Assembly: GCA_030682075.1 (NCBI GenBank)
Contig: JAUXRH010000214.1
Span: 1-54,050, forward strand
Direction: 5' to 3'
Source: Nitrosomonas sp.
Lineage (GTDB): Bacteria > Pseudomonadota > Gammaproteobacteria > Burkholderiales > Nitrosomonadaceae
DNA length: 54,050 bases
Shown here: positions 22,484-31,271 of the stretch, piece after piece
Layout: each line of letters starts with the position of its first letter
Position numbering within the stretch: the first letter of the stretch is position 1
Notes under the pieces: generated by a model
What the model was told of the DNA's origin: nothing
What the model saw: the letters and a program-made list of their open reading frames with translations, nothing else
Database searches by the model: none
Made by a program: the position numbers and the translations under genes

Positions 22484-22525
22484 CTTTTTTTCACTTTCTA
22501 TAGCTGGCGCGGGTTTCGGGCTGGG

Positions 22526-22644
22526 GGTTATAACGGTTATAACCTCTTTCCGTCTTCACGCGCACGGGCAGAATTGTCGTTAACCGGTACTTCGTGAGTA
22601 CCGGTTATTTCCATCTTCACGCGCACGGGCAAGTTTTTTGTCGT
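22526..22644. repeat. Two 24-bp direct repeats, each preceded by a different palindrome
   Basis: TTTCCRTCTTCACGCGCACGGGCA at 22547-22570 and 22608-22631; palindromes at 22526-22544 and 22581-22607. Confidence 0.85.
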
Positions 22645-23052
22645 GGAACCCCTTCGCCATAAGTGGATTTCTTCGGGCGGCCTGTTCATCCATAACAAAA
22701 GCTAATGATTTAGAAGCGAACCATAAAACTTTTTTTAGGGATGTTTATGAAAATAATTGCCAAGTGCGGTACTTTGGCAGCCAATCCCCAGAGAATTTGA
22801 CCGCCCCACTCCTCACCAGCAAACGCTAGCCATTGCGGTAACGTCACCGGGTTGGTACCAACCCATCACCGCCAAAAGACATATCTCCGATTTTCGATAT
22901 CTAGCGTTTTTGCGCGGTCTGCATTGCCCGCCCGGTCAATCATCACCAGGAGTACCTTTGGGCACCAACCGATAAATTTATTTTTTTCCTTCAGGTTTTT
23001 AAATCGCACGACATTTTCATGTTAAAAACCTTTCACCAGAAAAGATACCCGT

Positions 23053-23256
23053 TCAATCGTCGCTCAAGTAAGCCACATCGGTTTCAAGTATCTGCACTCT
23101 TCGTTCTAACTCGTAATCGTCATCAGCCGCATAATCATTGGCGTCCTCAAGAGCAATAACGCGCTTTCTTAGCTCGGCGATTTCGACACATAGTCGCGTA
23201 ACTTCTGCATTCGGATATTTGGCTTTTTCGTTTTTTCGAGTGGTTTCTTCCTTCAT
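23053..23256 (-). CDS. Small hypothetical coiled-coil protein
   Basis: AAAGGA RBS; heptad-like LCVEIAELRKRVIALE and LERRVQILE. Confidence 0.55.
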   Translation of the reverse strand: MKEETTRKNEKAKYPNAEVTRLCVEIAELRKRVIALEDANDYAADDDYELERRVQILETDVAYLSDD

Positions 23257-23561
23257 TTTCAATCCTTTTAAGTTAGCTAAATTTTTCAGTGGTGCTGACC
23301 CTTCGCCAAGAAAAGATAATCGCTTAGGCGCGATTCTGGTGGGTCATTTTAAATTAAATTTCCAGCTCAATTAATCTTGCCCGTCTTTTTAGCCCATGGT
23401 TATCGTTATCCGGTTTCTCGATTCGGTACCCAATAAAATTAACGCGTTTTTTTAAATCGGCAATTTCGGCTGGCTGATAAAAAAGCATTCGTTCCAGAAA
23501 AAAACTTCATCGTTCCAGATGCGATTTTCTTTTAACGATATTGCGTTTTTGAAGTTATTTT

Positions 23562-23846
23562 TTTCCCGTTTTTTCTTCTAAAAATTTTCCCGCTTTATTC
23601 CCGCTCCCCTCTTATAGGGGGAGCGGGAATCGCGGGAAGACCCTGCAAGTTCCCGTTTCGGGACATTTCGGGACATTTCGGGAAATGGGGGAAAATGGCT
23701 GTAACCCACGTGTTTAATAGCTTTAACGGCGTTAGAAGCAATAACCTTGTTCATTGTGTGGTTTCCCGTTTTCTTGTCCCGTTTTGTCCCGTTTGGGTTT
23801 TTCCCGTTTCGGGACAAAACGGGACATTTCGGGACATTTCGGGAAA
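23562..23846. repeat. Iteron cluster, the putative replication origin of the island
   Basis: Tandem 10-bp TTTCGGGACA units (23656-23685, ~23807-23845), inverted TGTCCCGTTT units, and a TTCCCGCTCCCC..GGGGAGCGGGAA hairpin, directly downstream of the primase-helicase. Confidence 0.8.
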
Positions 23847-23848
23847 GG

Positions 23849-25858
23849 TCATTTGCACCACAAAAAACCATCTTCATGGCACAATAAACCTCGGTCGATT
23901 AGCCCACGAATTGCAGCCTGAGAGCGTTCGGTTTGTCTCCTGGGGTCACATATCAACTTGGTGCGGGTTTGGTCAATTGCAGCCTCCAACGTGATGCACG
24001 GCTTCCCTTCGGGCAGGGTGTCGGGCGCGCCTTCTGGGCGGGTAATCCCGGCCTTGCGGAATATTTCCCCCAGTACGTCCCAGACCACCCGTTGATTCCC
24101 GGACTTCGGCGGCATCACTTTTTTGATACCGTCCGCAATGACTTCCAGCGGATGCAGTACGCAAGAGGTAACCGGTTCGCCGTCTGTGTCTGTGCCAATC
24201 TCCACTACATCCAGCTTGAACGGATGCGCTTCCCCGTCTTCGCCATCTTTCGATTTCGCAATAAGCCACTCCCGGCGGTCACCATCACGGCGTACCTCAA
24301 CAGCGGCATCAAGCGCGGCATGGAGGCTACTATGTCCGCGTAGACCTTTGGTGGCGTCTTTGCCAGTGTGATGCACCAGCAAAACCAGCCCACCTGTCAA
24401 CGTTTGCAGTTGCTTGGCGGCGGCAATTATCAGGCCCATGCTTTTGGAATCATTTTCATCCGTACCCGGCGCGGCCCGGTTCAGGGTATCCAGCACCACC
24501 ACTTCAGTATCTTGACCGCTCACTCGAATTGCTTTGAACAAGTCGTTAACGTCCGCTTCATCCAACAGGTTAAACGGCTGCACCAAATAACGAATATTGG
24601 ACGAGCTAACTCCCCATCTACGGGCGGCGGTGTGGTAGGCAGTCACCCGGCCAGCCAACCCGGATTCACCCTCAAGACAGCAATAAACGATGTTGCAAGG
24701 CTTTGTTTTACATCCAAACCAATCGCGCCCTTCAGCCACCGCCTGCAAAGCATCCAGCACCAGAAAACTTTTACCGGAACCGCTAGGCCCATACAGCGCG
24801 GCCAGACCCGTTGTTGGCAGAACTCCTTTGATACGCCATTGCAGCGGGGGCAGTTTGCCAAGGTCGTCGTCAGACAGAAGTTTGTAACGCACAGGCGGGC
24901 TCAGGGGGTGTTCCAGCAAGGCAGTCAATACACCAGCACCGTGTTCCAATAGATAATCGCTCACGTCGTAGTTTTGAGGCTTGTCAGCAGGCAGCTCAAC
25001 CCACGGGGCTGCAACATCAGCAGCAATTTTGGCGGCCTTCGCTTCCAAGCCTTTGTCTGGAACAATCACTAACCGGGCGGCAGGGCACTTGTCACGCAGC
25101 ACCTTGGTAACAGTTGCCATGCGCCCGCTGCCAAAACAAACTACGGCGGCGGCTCCCGTTGCTTTGTTCGCTGCCCATGCTTGGCCAATACCTTCCACAA
25201 TATAAACTTTTTGCGCGGATGCGACGTTGCCCACGGTAAAAAATCCATCATTGAACGACGCACCCGGTAAGTTCTTTTTTTGCCCCACCAGCGGAATAAA
25301 TTGAAGCGTCAAAAGTGTTTCGCCATCGGGCGCAAAACAAGGAATCACCAGCGCGTCGGTCATATCAACGCCGTCGATTCGCAGCGTTTCAGCGGTTTTT
25401 GGGTAAGTTCGCAAGCCGTCTGGACTGCCTTGCTTGCGGTCGATGTACGGATGACTTTGCGTTGCTGGAACGCAGTTTCCCCAAATGGCGGCGGCGGTGG
25501 AATTTTTGACCTGTTTAACGGGCGTTTGCGGCGCTTGTTTTGTACGGGGAATAGGACAGTCAGGCTGTAATCTTTCTTTGGTGCGTAACTTAGCGGCAGG
25601 GTCTTGCCAACCTTGCTCAAAAGCCAGGCCAAATAATGTTGCGGGAGTCACCGGCCCGGACGCGCTAAACGATTTCCAAACCGTGCGGCACTCACTTTCA
25701 CTAGCATAATTCCCGCCGCTTGCGCTCCAGCGATGGAACTCGTCAAACGCCACCCCGGCAGACTTTGCGCCCATCCCAGCCCGCACCCATTCTTCACGCG
25801 AACACCCGGCATCAAGATAAAGAAGCGCACTTGTGGCGCGCTCAATCTCATTGCTCAT
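23849..25858 (-). CDS. Primase-helicase fusion (PriCT-2, Toprim, AAA_25/RepA-type helicase)
   Basis: REEWVRAGM..FHRWS, YIVEGIG..VPDKG..DVSD, Walker A GPSGSGKS, VVLDTLNR and LVHHTGK. Start at ATG 25858, overlapping the upstream gene's stop. Confidence 0.9.
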   Translation of the reverse strand: MSNEIERATSALLYLDAGCSREEWVRAGMGAKSAGVAFDEFHRWSASGGNYASESECRTVWKSFSASGPVTPATLFGLAFEQGWQDPAAKLRTKERLQPDCPIPRTKQAPQTPVKQVKNSTAAAIWGNCVPATQSHPYIDRKQGSPDGLRTYPKTAETLRIDGVDMTDALVIPCFAPDGETLLTLQFIPLVGQKKNLPGASFNDGFFTVGNVASAQKVYIVEGIGQAWAANKATGAAAVVCFGSGRMATVTKVLRDKCPAARLVIVPDKGLEAKAAKIAADVAAPWVELPADKPQNYDVSDYLLEHGAGVLTALLEHPLSPPVRYKLLSDDDLGKLPPLQWRIKGVLPTTGLAALYGPSGSGKSFLVLDALQAVAEGRDWFGCKTKPCNIVYCCLEGESGLAGRVTAYHTAARRWGVSSSNIRYLVQPFNLLDEADVNDLFKAIRVSGQDTEVVVLDTLNRAAPGTDENDSKSMGLIIAAAKQLQTLTGGLVLLVHHTGKDATKGLRGHSSLHAALDAAVEVRRDGDRREWLIAKSKDGEDGEAHPFKLDVVEIGTDTDGEPVTSCVLHPLEVIADGIKKVMPPKSGNQRVVWDVLGEIFRKAGITRPEGAPDTLPEGKPCITLEAAIDQTRTKLICDPRRQTERSQAAIRGLIDRGLLCHEDGFLWCK

Positions 25859-26216
25859 GGTTCGACCTCGCAGCCTCGCGCAACGCCAGCCAGCGATTAA
25901 TCTTGGCGCGGTCGGTGGTCGAAAAATAATAAACCCCTCGGCGGATAGGCAGACCGTCCCTATCAAAGTCTGGCACGCGGCGGCAAGGAACCTCCAAGCC
26001 TTTGCGACGCAGCTCAGCAACTAGCTCCGGCCCGTTCGATGCGCCCGCAATGCGGTCAATTGCCTCCCGCTTCCGTGGGCCAGTAAGTAGTGAATGAATA
26101 ACTCGAAAGTGTCGCGGGTTATCTGTACCAGCGAATTTACTGGCTGGGTTTGCTGTATAATCCAGGGTGTCGGCAAAGGTCGATTCTGCGAGTATCGGGA
26201 GTTGGCCTTTTCTCAT
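25848..26216 (-). CDS. Hypothetical HTH-like satellite protein
   Basis: REAIDRIAGASNGPELVAELRRKG helix-turn-helix-like segment; closely coupled between the alpA-like and primase genes. Confidence 0.7.
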   Translation of the reverse strand: MRKGQLPILAESTFADTLDYTANPASKFAGTDNPRHFRVIHSLLTGPRKREAIDRIAGASNGPELVAELRRKGLEVPCRRVPDFDRDGLPIRRGVYYFSTTDRAKINRWLALREAARSNHEQ

Positions 26217-26217
26217 T

Positions 26218-26418
26218 TCAGGCGCCCCCTGCCAGCAACTTGCGAATTTCGGCTACACTCCATGCCAACCGGCCAGATATACGCACCGGGCGCATAGCTC
26301 CACAATCACGAAACGCCCACATACGCAAGGTTTGAGATTTTCTGTTGAGGTAGAAAGCGGCTTCCCCTGTGGGGACTGTTGGGCGGGTTACCTCTTCAAG
26401 CGGTAGGTATTTAGACAT
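26218..26418 (-). CDS. AlpA/excisionase-like HTH DNA-binding protein
   Basis: 66 aa; EAAFYLNRKSQTLRMWA...RPVRISGRLAW..AEIR. Confidence 0.85.
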   Translation of the reverse strand: MSKYLPLEEVTRPTVPTGEAAFYLNRKSQTLRMWAFRDCGAMRPVRISGRLAWSVAEIRKLLAGGA

Positions 26419-26552
26419 TTCTGATATTCTCCAGCGCCTCGCGGCGTTAATGTTGAAAGATAGTTCACCGTAATTATCAGTAGATTAAGCTGGTGATTTT
26501 TGTAGAATATCTTAACCATTTCACGGTTTGTCGGGAACCGTGAAAATTAATA

Positions 26553-27083
26553 TCAGATGTTTTTGCGAAGACTTGTTAACCGGTTTTCAAAACTTCGTAG
26601 AGTCGTCTGTTTATCAACGCCTTTATTGGATAGCCAAAAAATCACACCTTTACCATCTACTTCCTGAATTATTGCGTTAGGCGATGAAGCCCCCGTCATT
26701 TTCCGCAATTCTTTTAAAACAGTTTTGCTGGGCGCGTTTTTACCTATCCGTTTCAAAATATCAGAAAGCACGTGACCCAGCTCGTCAGTTCCGCGTGGTG
26801 GTTTTTTGGTGAATAGCTCGCCTTTGACAGCGAGGTCATAAAGTAAAAAGTCCTTTCTGAAAGCCTCAGCTTCCACTAGAAAAATTAAGCCCTTTTCCGT
26901 GAAACCAAATTCGCGGGCTTTCTTGCAATACTCCAAAGCTTTTTTGGAACTTTGATGCTTACTTTCAGGCGGTAAGCTGCGTTCAATCTCTGTAATCATT
27001 ACATGGAAAAAACTTGTGTCTTCAGGCGGCCATTCTCTCGCAAGCCTGCGGATAGATTCTTTTGATTTTTCTTGTTCAGACAT
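26553..27083 (-). CDS. Hypothetical protein, possibly a regulator, upstream of the alpA-like gene
   Basis: 176-aa ORF with RBS and a basic C-terminus; no family recognised. Confidence 0.7.
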   Translation of the reverse strand: MSEQEKSKESIRRLAREWPPEDTSFFHVMITEIERSLPPESKHQSSKKALEYCKKAREFGFTEKGLIFLVEAEAFRKDFLLYDLAVKGELFTKKPPRGTDELGHVLSDILKRIGKNAPSKTVLKELRKMTGASSPNAIIQEVDGKGVIFWLSNKGVDKQTTLRSFENRLTSLRKNI

Positions 27084-27100
27084 ACACGCCCCTTTTCAGC

Positions 27101-27184
27101 GCCCTTTGAAAGAAGTCACTGTCAGGCCAGCAAAGGTTTCTGGCTTTTCCCCTTTGGTAATTACTCGCAGGGTAGGCAGTGACT
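27101..27184 (-). ncRNA. Putative structured cis RNA resembling motifs found between integrase and alpA genes
   Basis: Closing stem AGTCACTG/CAGTGACT, inner GCCAG/CTGGC hairpin and GAAAA linker; CCTTTG is complementary to the downstream CAAAGG. Confidence 0.5.
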
Positions 27185-27194
27185 AACTCGTTAA

Positions 27195-27476
27195 TCAGTG
27201 ATGCTTCACCCATTCCCGTAGTGCATCATTGATGCGTGTCTGCCAGCCGTTGCCTGTGGCCTTGAATTGCTCCAGTATCTCTACATCCAAGCGAAGTGTT
27301 ACTTGCTCTTTTGTACCGCTCCCCGGTGGCCTTCCACGCCCTCGCTTGAACTGGCTTAACTCTGCACCAGTCAGCGGCAAGTTATCCGGGTCGGTTAGTG
27401 CAGCAGCGGTAATTTGCGCATCCTCTTCCGGGGTCGGTAATATCAGCGTCCGGCCTGATTTAGTTTTGATTTGCAT
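27195..27476 (-). CDS. brnA: BrnA-family antitoxin (orphan)
   Basis: RGRP..KEQVTLRLD.EILEQFKATG.GWQTRINDALR motif. Confidence 0.9.
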   Translation of the reverse strand: MQIKTKSGRTLILPTPEEDAQITAAALTDPDNLPLTGAELSQFKRGRGRPPGSGTKEQVTLRLDVEILEQFKATGNGWQTRINDALREWVKHH

Positions 27477-27492
27477 AATCCATAACCTCTCT
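27460..27492 (-). pseudogene. 3' remnant of a brnT toxin gene
   Basis: A frame reading REVMDYANQN* overlaps the brnA start, resembling the RE..Y C-terminus and overlap typical of BrnT. Confidence 0.5.
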
Positions 27493-27500
27493 ACAAACGG

Positions 27501-27812
27501 TCAGGCGGCTATTGGCGCAGGTTGAACGTGCATCGGCTCGGCTTTGAATCGCTGCTCAACTTGCCACATATCATAGGCGCATTGCTCGGCCAGCCACGCG
27601 TCAGCATGACCACCCCGTTCTTTACCTAGCCATGCTTCGAGGCGTAACGCCATTTCTGGTGATATAGCAGCGCGTCCATTCAGCACGCGGGATAGCGTCA
27701 CACGGGCAACGCCAAGTTGCTTTGCGGCTTCGGTCACAGACAGGCCCAGCGCGGGCAACACGTCATCACGCAAGGTTAAACCGGGGTGCGGCGGATTGAA
27801 CATGCAGGTCAT
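27501..27812 (-). CDS. higA: HigA-family antitoxin (XRE HTH)
   Basis: MFNPPHPG, LSVTEAAKQLGVARVTLSRVLNG, ISPEMALRL and W..Q.AYD motifs. Confidence 0.93.
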   Translation of the reverse strand: MTCMFNPPHPGLTLRDDVLPALGLSVTEAAKQLGVARVTLSRVLNGRAAISPEMALRLEAWLGKERGGHADAWLAEQCAYDMWQVEQRFKAEPMHVQPAPIAA

Positions 27813-27826
27813 AGTTGAGTCTCCTT

Positions 27827-28105
27827 TTAGTGATAATTCTGATAGTCCACCAGCACGGCATCAGTGCCCTTAAACGTGAACGTCATGCGCCAATTGCCGC
27901 TAACCCATATCGAAAAATGCCCAGCAAGTCCGCCAGATAATGGATGCAGATTCCACCCCGGTATGTTCATGTAGCTAGGGTCTCTAGCCACATTGAGGCG
28001 CAGCAACTGCCGCTTTAGTCGTGGAGCATGAGCGGCTTGAATGCCCGCCGTGCTTCCCTTCCTGAAAAAGGCTTTCAACCCCTTGTGGCGGAATGTCTTA
28101 ATCAT
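27827..28105 (-). CDS. higB: HigB-family (RelE/ParE superfamily) toxin
   Basis: MIKTFRHKGL, PGWNLHPL.G, SIWVSGNWRMTF and VDYQNYH; toxin-first order. Confidence 0.93.
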   Translation of the reverse strand: MIKTFRHKGLKAFFRKGSTAGIQAAHAPRLKRQLLRLNVARDPSYMNIPGWNLHPLSGGLAGHFSIWVSGNWRMTFTFKGTDAVLVDYQNYH

Positions 28106-28141
28106 GACGTACTGTATCGTATAGAGATATAAATATCAATA

Positions 28142-29455
28142 TCAACTTTCCACTACACGCAGCACACCCGGCTTTTCCGCTGGCACAAACTCAATCCCAG
28201 CTTGTTCCAATATCCATGCTTCTATTTTGACGTGCCACATCCGCAACAGGTCAAGCGGGCGGCGGATATAGTGTTGCTCCCTCACCCCTTGCGGCTTATG
28301 GCCTTGTATTTGTGCAGCGATACCGACGGGAACCTCTATCCACTCACACAGGCTGGCAAAGCTACGGCGCAGACCGTGCAGGGTCACGGCAAGACCGGCA
28401 ACGGCACAGGCCTTATCATGAGCAATACGCGGCTCCACCAAGTGCCCACTGGCAGCGGTAGGGCTTGAGAATACCCATTCATTGCGGCGTGGTAATCCGG
28501 CCAGCAGGTGCGCCACATAAGGCGTTAACGGGATGACGCGCAAACCTTCCACCTTGTCTTTAATTGTCATGCTGTTCCACTGAAAATCTACATCAGCCCA
28601 ACGAACGGTTATCAATTCGTTAGGTCTTGCACCAGTCAATAACATGGCTTGCAGGTAGGCGGAAATAACCGGGTTACCGATTTGTTTTACGGCGGCGAAC
28701 CATGCAGGCAACTGTTCACGTTGGATGGCGTCATTTTTCTTTTTTGGAACGCCTAAATGTTTTTTGACCTCCTTATGTTGCGCGGCATTGTCAGTAACGA
28801 TTGTTTTGTAGATGGGATGCGCGACGCACCAGTTCAGGAACGTACTTAGCAGGGTTCGGGCATTGCGGGCGCGGGCTGGTCGTTTCGACCCTTCCACCTT
28901 GGCCCATGCTGCCATTAGTTCAGTGGTCAGGTCGACAAGGCGTACTGTTGCCAATGAGGTAAGCGTTCCGGGTTCAGTTAACTTGTGGCTTCGAGTTCTT
29001 CTCTCGCCACCCGCCTGCATGGCGCGGGTATGGTCGTGTAGATGAAGGGCGCCCCATGCGGGCTTCATGGCTGAAACATACTCATGCCATGCCATGCCTA
29101 CCGTCATCGTCTCCCGTGCTCGCTGTGCCACCATTGCGGCTAATTCGGATACCTTGGCGGCTTCCTGTTCAGCTTCCACTTGGCGCGGGTCTGTGCCCTG
29201 GTCAACCATCATTTTGAGGCGTGTTGCTTCTTCCTGTGCTTTTTTAATTGTCCAGGTAAAAGTGTCGCCAATCGTTATACGCAGGGTCTTTCCGTGCAGT
29301 CTCGTTTCAAAGATATAGCTTTTTGCACCCGCGTTTGTTACCCGTAAGCCTAAGCCGGGTGTTTTTGCATCAAAAAAAAGGGCTTGTTTTTTTTCTGGGT
29401 CGCAACGTGCTCCAGCAATAACGCCGCTTGTGAAGTTTTTTTTGTTCATTTTCAT
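28142..29455 (-). CDS. int: Tyrosine integrase with N-terminal arm-binding domain
   Basis: PGLGLRV...KSYIF N-domain; catalytic TGAR, K, HGLRRS, QGH and HY residues. Confidence 0.95.
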   Translation of the reverse strand: MKMNKKNFTSGVIAGARCDPEKKQALFFDAKTPGLGLRVTNAGAKSYIFETRLHGKTLRITIGDTFTWTIKKAQEEATRLKMMVDQGTDPRQVEAEQEAAKVSELAAMVAQRARETMTVGMAWHEYVSAMKPAWGALHLHDHTRAMQAGGERRTRSHKLTEPGTLTSLATVRLVDLTTELMAAWAKVEGSKRPARARNARTLLSTFLNWCVAHPIYKTIVTDNAAQHKEVKKHLGVPKKKNDAIQREQLPAWFAAVKQIGNPVISAYLQAMLLTGARPNELITVRWADVDFQWNSMTIKDKVEGLRVIPLTPYVAHLLAGLPRRNEWVFSSPTAASGHLVEPRIAHDKACAVAGLAVTLHGLRRSFASLCEWIEVPVGIAAQIQGHKPQGVREQHYIRRPLDLLRMWHVKIEAWILEQAGIEFVPAEKPGVLRVVES

Positions 29456-29598
29456 GTAGGCACCATGTAGGCAAATTCAATCAATTATGATATATTCTAA
29501 TCAACACGGATAATAACACGGTTTTGGTTAGTGCGTTGTTTTTGCTTGTTTAGTGTGCTTTATTAAACGGCTATCAACATTGATAAATGGTGTTTCAC

Positions 29599-29652
29599 GG
29601 GGACTCATAATCCCTTGGTCACTGGTTCGAGTCCAGTCAGACCCACCAAAAA
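29599..29652 (+). repeat. att core, duplicated 3' part of tRNA-Ile
   Basis: Identical to 21817-21870; lacks the tRNA 5' acceptor strand and D arm. Confidence 0.95.
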
Positions 29653-29655
29653 GTC

Positions 29656-29690
29656 AAGAGGTTGGAGAATTTCTCTGGCCTCTTTTTCTT
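29656..29690 (+). terminator. Displaced original tRNA terminator
   Basis: AAGAGGTTGGAGA..TCTCTGGCCTCTT stem followed by a T-tract. Confidence 0.6.
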
Positions 29691-29805
29691 TTCAATTCTT
29701 TGTGTAGCCACTGTGCAGAAAATTGCAGAGTACAAAAAGCAAACAATATTACGTACTCCCAAACTACTTAATAAAAAACTTTTTTCCATTAAATGAGGTT
29801 GTGTA

Positions 29806-30132
29806 ATGAAAATAACCCTTATTGCTGTTTGTGGTGGTTTAATACTGTCTTCCTGTACATGGGTTAAGGTTACTTCGAATGGCGAAGGCGTGCGCTTGGT
29901 GCAATCAGCAAGAGCAGTCGAGTCCTGCAAAAATCTAGGAAAAATTAATACTAAAGTTGTAAGTAAAGTAGTGTTTAGTCGTGATATGGAAAAAATTGCA
30001 GGTGAGCTTGCGGACCTTGCACGTAATGAGGCAGCTTTGATGGGTGGCGATACGATTGTTCCCATTTCGGAAATTAATGAGGGAAGACGCAGCTTCAGTG
30101 TCTATCAATGTTTTACAACCGGAAGGCAATGA
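29806..30132 (+). CDS. DUF4156-like small lipoprotein
   Basis: Lipobox LSSC, CTWVK, C..LG, LARNEAA.MGGDTIV and YQC. Confidence 0.75.
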   Translation: MKITLIAVCGGLILSSCTWVKVTSNGEGVRLVQSARAVESCKNLGKINTKVVSKVVFSRDMEKIAGELADLARNEAALMGGDTIVPISEINEGRRSFSVYQCFTTGRQ

Positions 30133-30523
30133 TTGGAATATCCATATTCACTGGTTCTGACCAGGTAAGATAAGCGGACAAATCAATAGGTTAGTTTGTT
30201 TCTCTGGCCTGTTTTTTATTTTTATGTGAAAAAATGGGCTATCAAGCGCATTAAAAACATACTCGGCGTGCTGTATAAGCTGCGGTTTTGATTGTGGAGA
30301 GCATATCGACTGGCCATCTCTCCCGACTTCCAGCCTCAGAGTTCCGGCAGTACATTTATGCATTTATGAGCCTGCCCTGTTAAGCTAACCGGCTTGTCCA
30401 GGTATGGCGCAGGTTGTGCCATTTAAAATTCTCAATTCCCGCTCGAATTAATCTCTGCTTTCAGGCACGCATACTTTCCTGAAGTACGTATGCGTCCAGC
30501 ACCACCACCTGCTATTCATTTAA

Positions 30524-30706
30524 GCGCACCTCTAAAAATCCATATTTTGCGAGCAGCCGCTTTGCGGCTTGCCTGCTTACCCCGTTTCGTCACAATAATA
30601 CTTCGTTGCCCGAAAAAATATTTCCTTACCTATCAATCATATGCCGCGTCAATATTTTTTATTCGCGCCTGGTCTTGTTTAGAACTCTGAATTTTTAGAA
30701 GTGCCC
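30524..30706 (+). mobile_element. MITE family 1, copy 3
   Basis: 183 bp, near-perfect terminal IRs, TTAA on both flanks. Confidence 0.92.
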
Positions 30707-30739
30707 TTAAGGCAACCCCGTGATCCAGGATGGGAATTA

Positions 30740-31108
30740 TCAGCTGATATCAGTGGGTTTGTATTTATTCAAGGGAACAACATTGTTGGCGGTACACTCT
30801 TCACTGAGTGACTGTAGTACCATTTCCGGCTCCTGCAATGCTTTCAATAACCCTCTTTCTCCATACACTTTGTCCCACATTTGCTGCGAGATGTGCAGAC
30901 AGGCGGTCATGGGGTTATTTGCCTGTTTGCGTATTTGATCGATCTGCCATTGCAGGCCTTCCATGCGCTGTTTGAGGTGAACCGGTGCCCGTTCCATCAG
31001 TTCGTTGATTAACTGTTGTCGCATCCGCTCAAATTGCTCAGGGTCCTGGTTGGCCATCTTGGCCCATTGATCAAAGTCAAAATCAGGTGTTTGTTTATTA
31101 TTTTTCAA
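30740..31108 (-). CDS. DUF3135-like protein
   Basis: FDFDQWAKMANQDPEQFERMRQQLI..LQWQID..R...NP pattern. Start uncertain (TTG 31108). Confidence 0.7.
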   Translation of the reverse strand: MKNNKQTPDFDFDQWAKMANQDPEQFERMRQQLINELMERAPVHLKQRMEGLQWQIDQIRKQANNPMTACLHISQQMWDKVYGERGLLKALQEPEMVLQSLSEECTANNVVPLNKYKPTDIS

Positions 31109-31271
31109 TTTTAATTGGAATCTTAATCTGAGTTTTTTACCAAATGATGATAATGCTGCAAATCCAATTTTTCCACAACTGTTTGATGAGTTAACGACAG
31201 TCCGTAGCAACTCTTTGATTTAATCAGACAATATAACATTATTAAGATATGGAATGCGAACCTGATTTTCA

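Noticed and set aside
22547-22631. CRISPR array (24-bp repeats, 37-bp spacer)
   Set aside because: Only two repeats, the repeat is non-palindromic while the spacer is palindromic, and there are no cas genes in the window. Kept as a different kind of array.
23578-23877. 99-aa ORF with SRNVPK repeats
   Set aside because: The peptide repeats are simply translated iterons; the region is more likely a non-coding origin.
29599-29648. Second tRNA gene
   Set aside because: It lacks the 5' acceptor strand and D arm; it is the att duplication.
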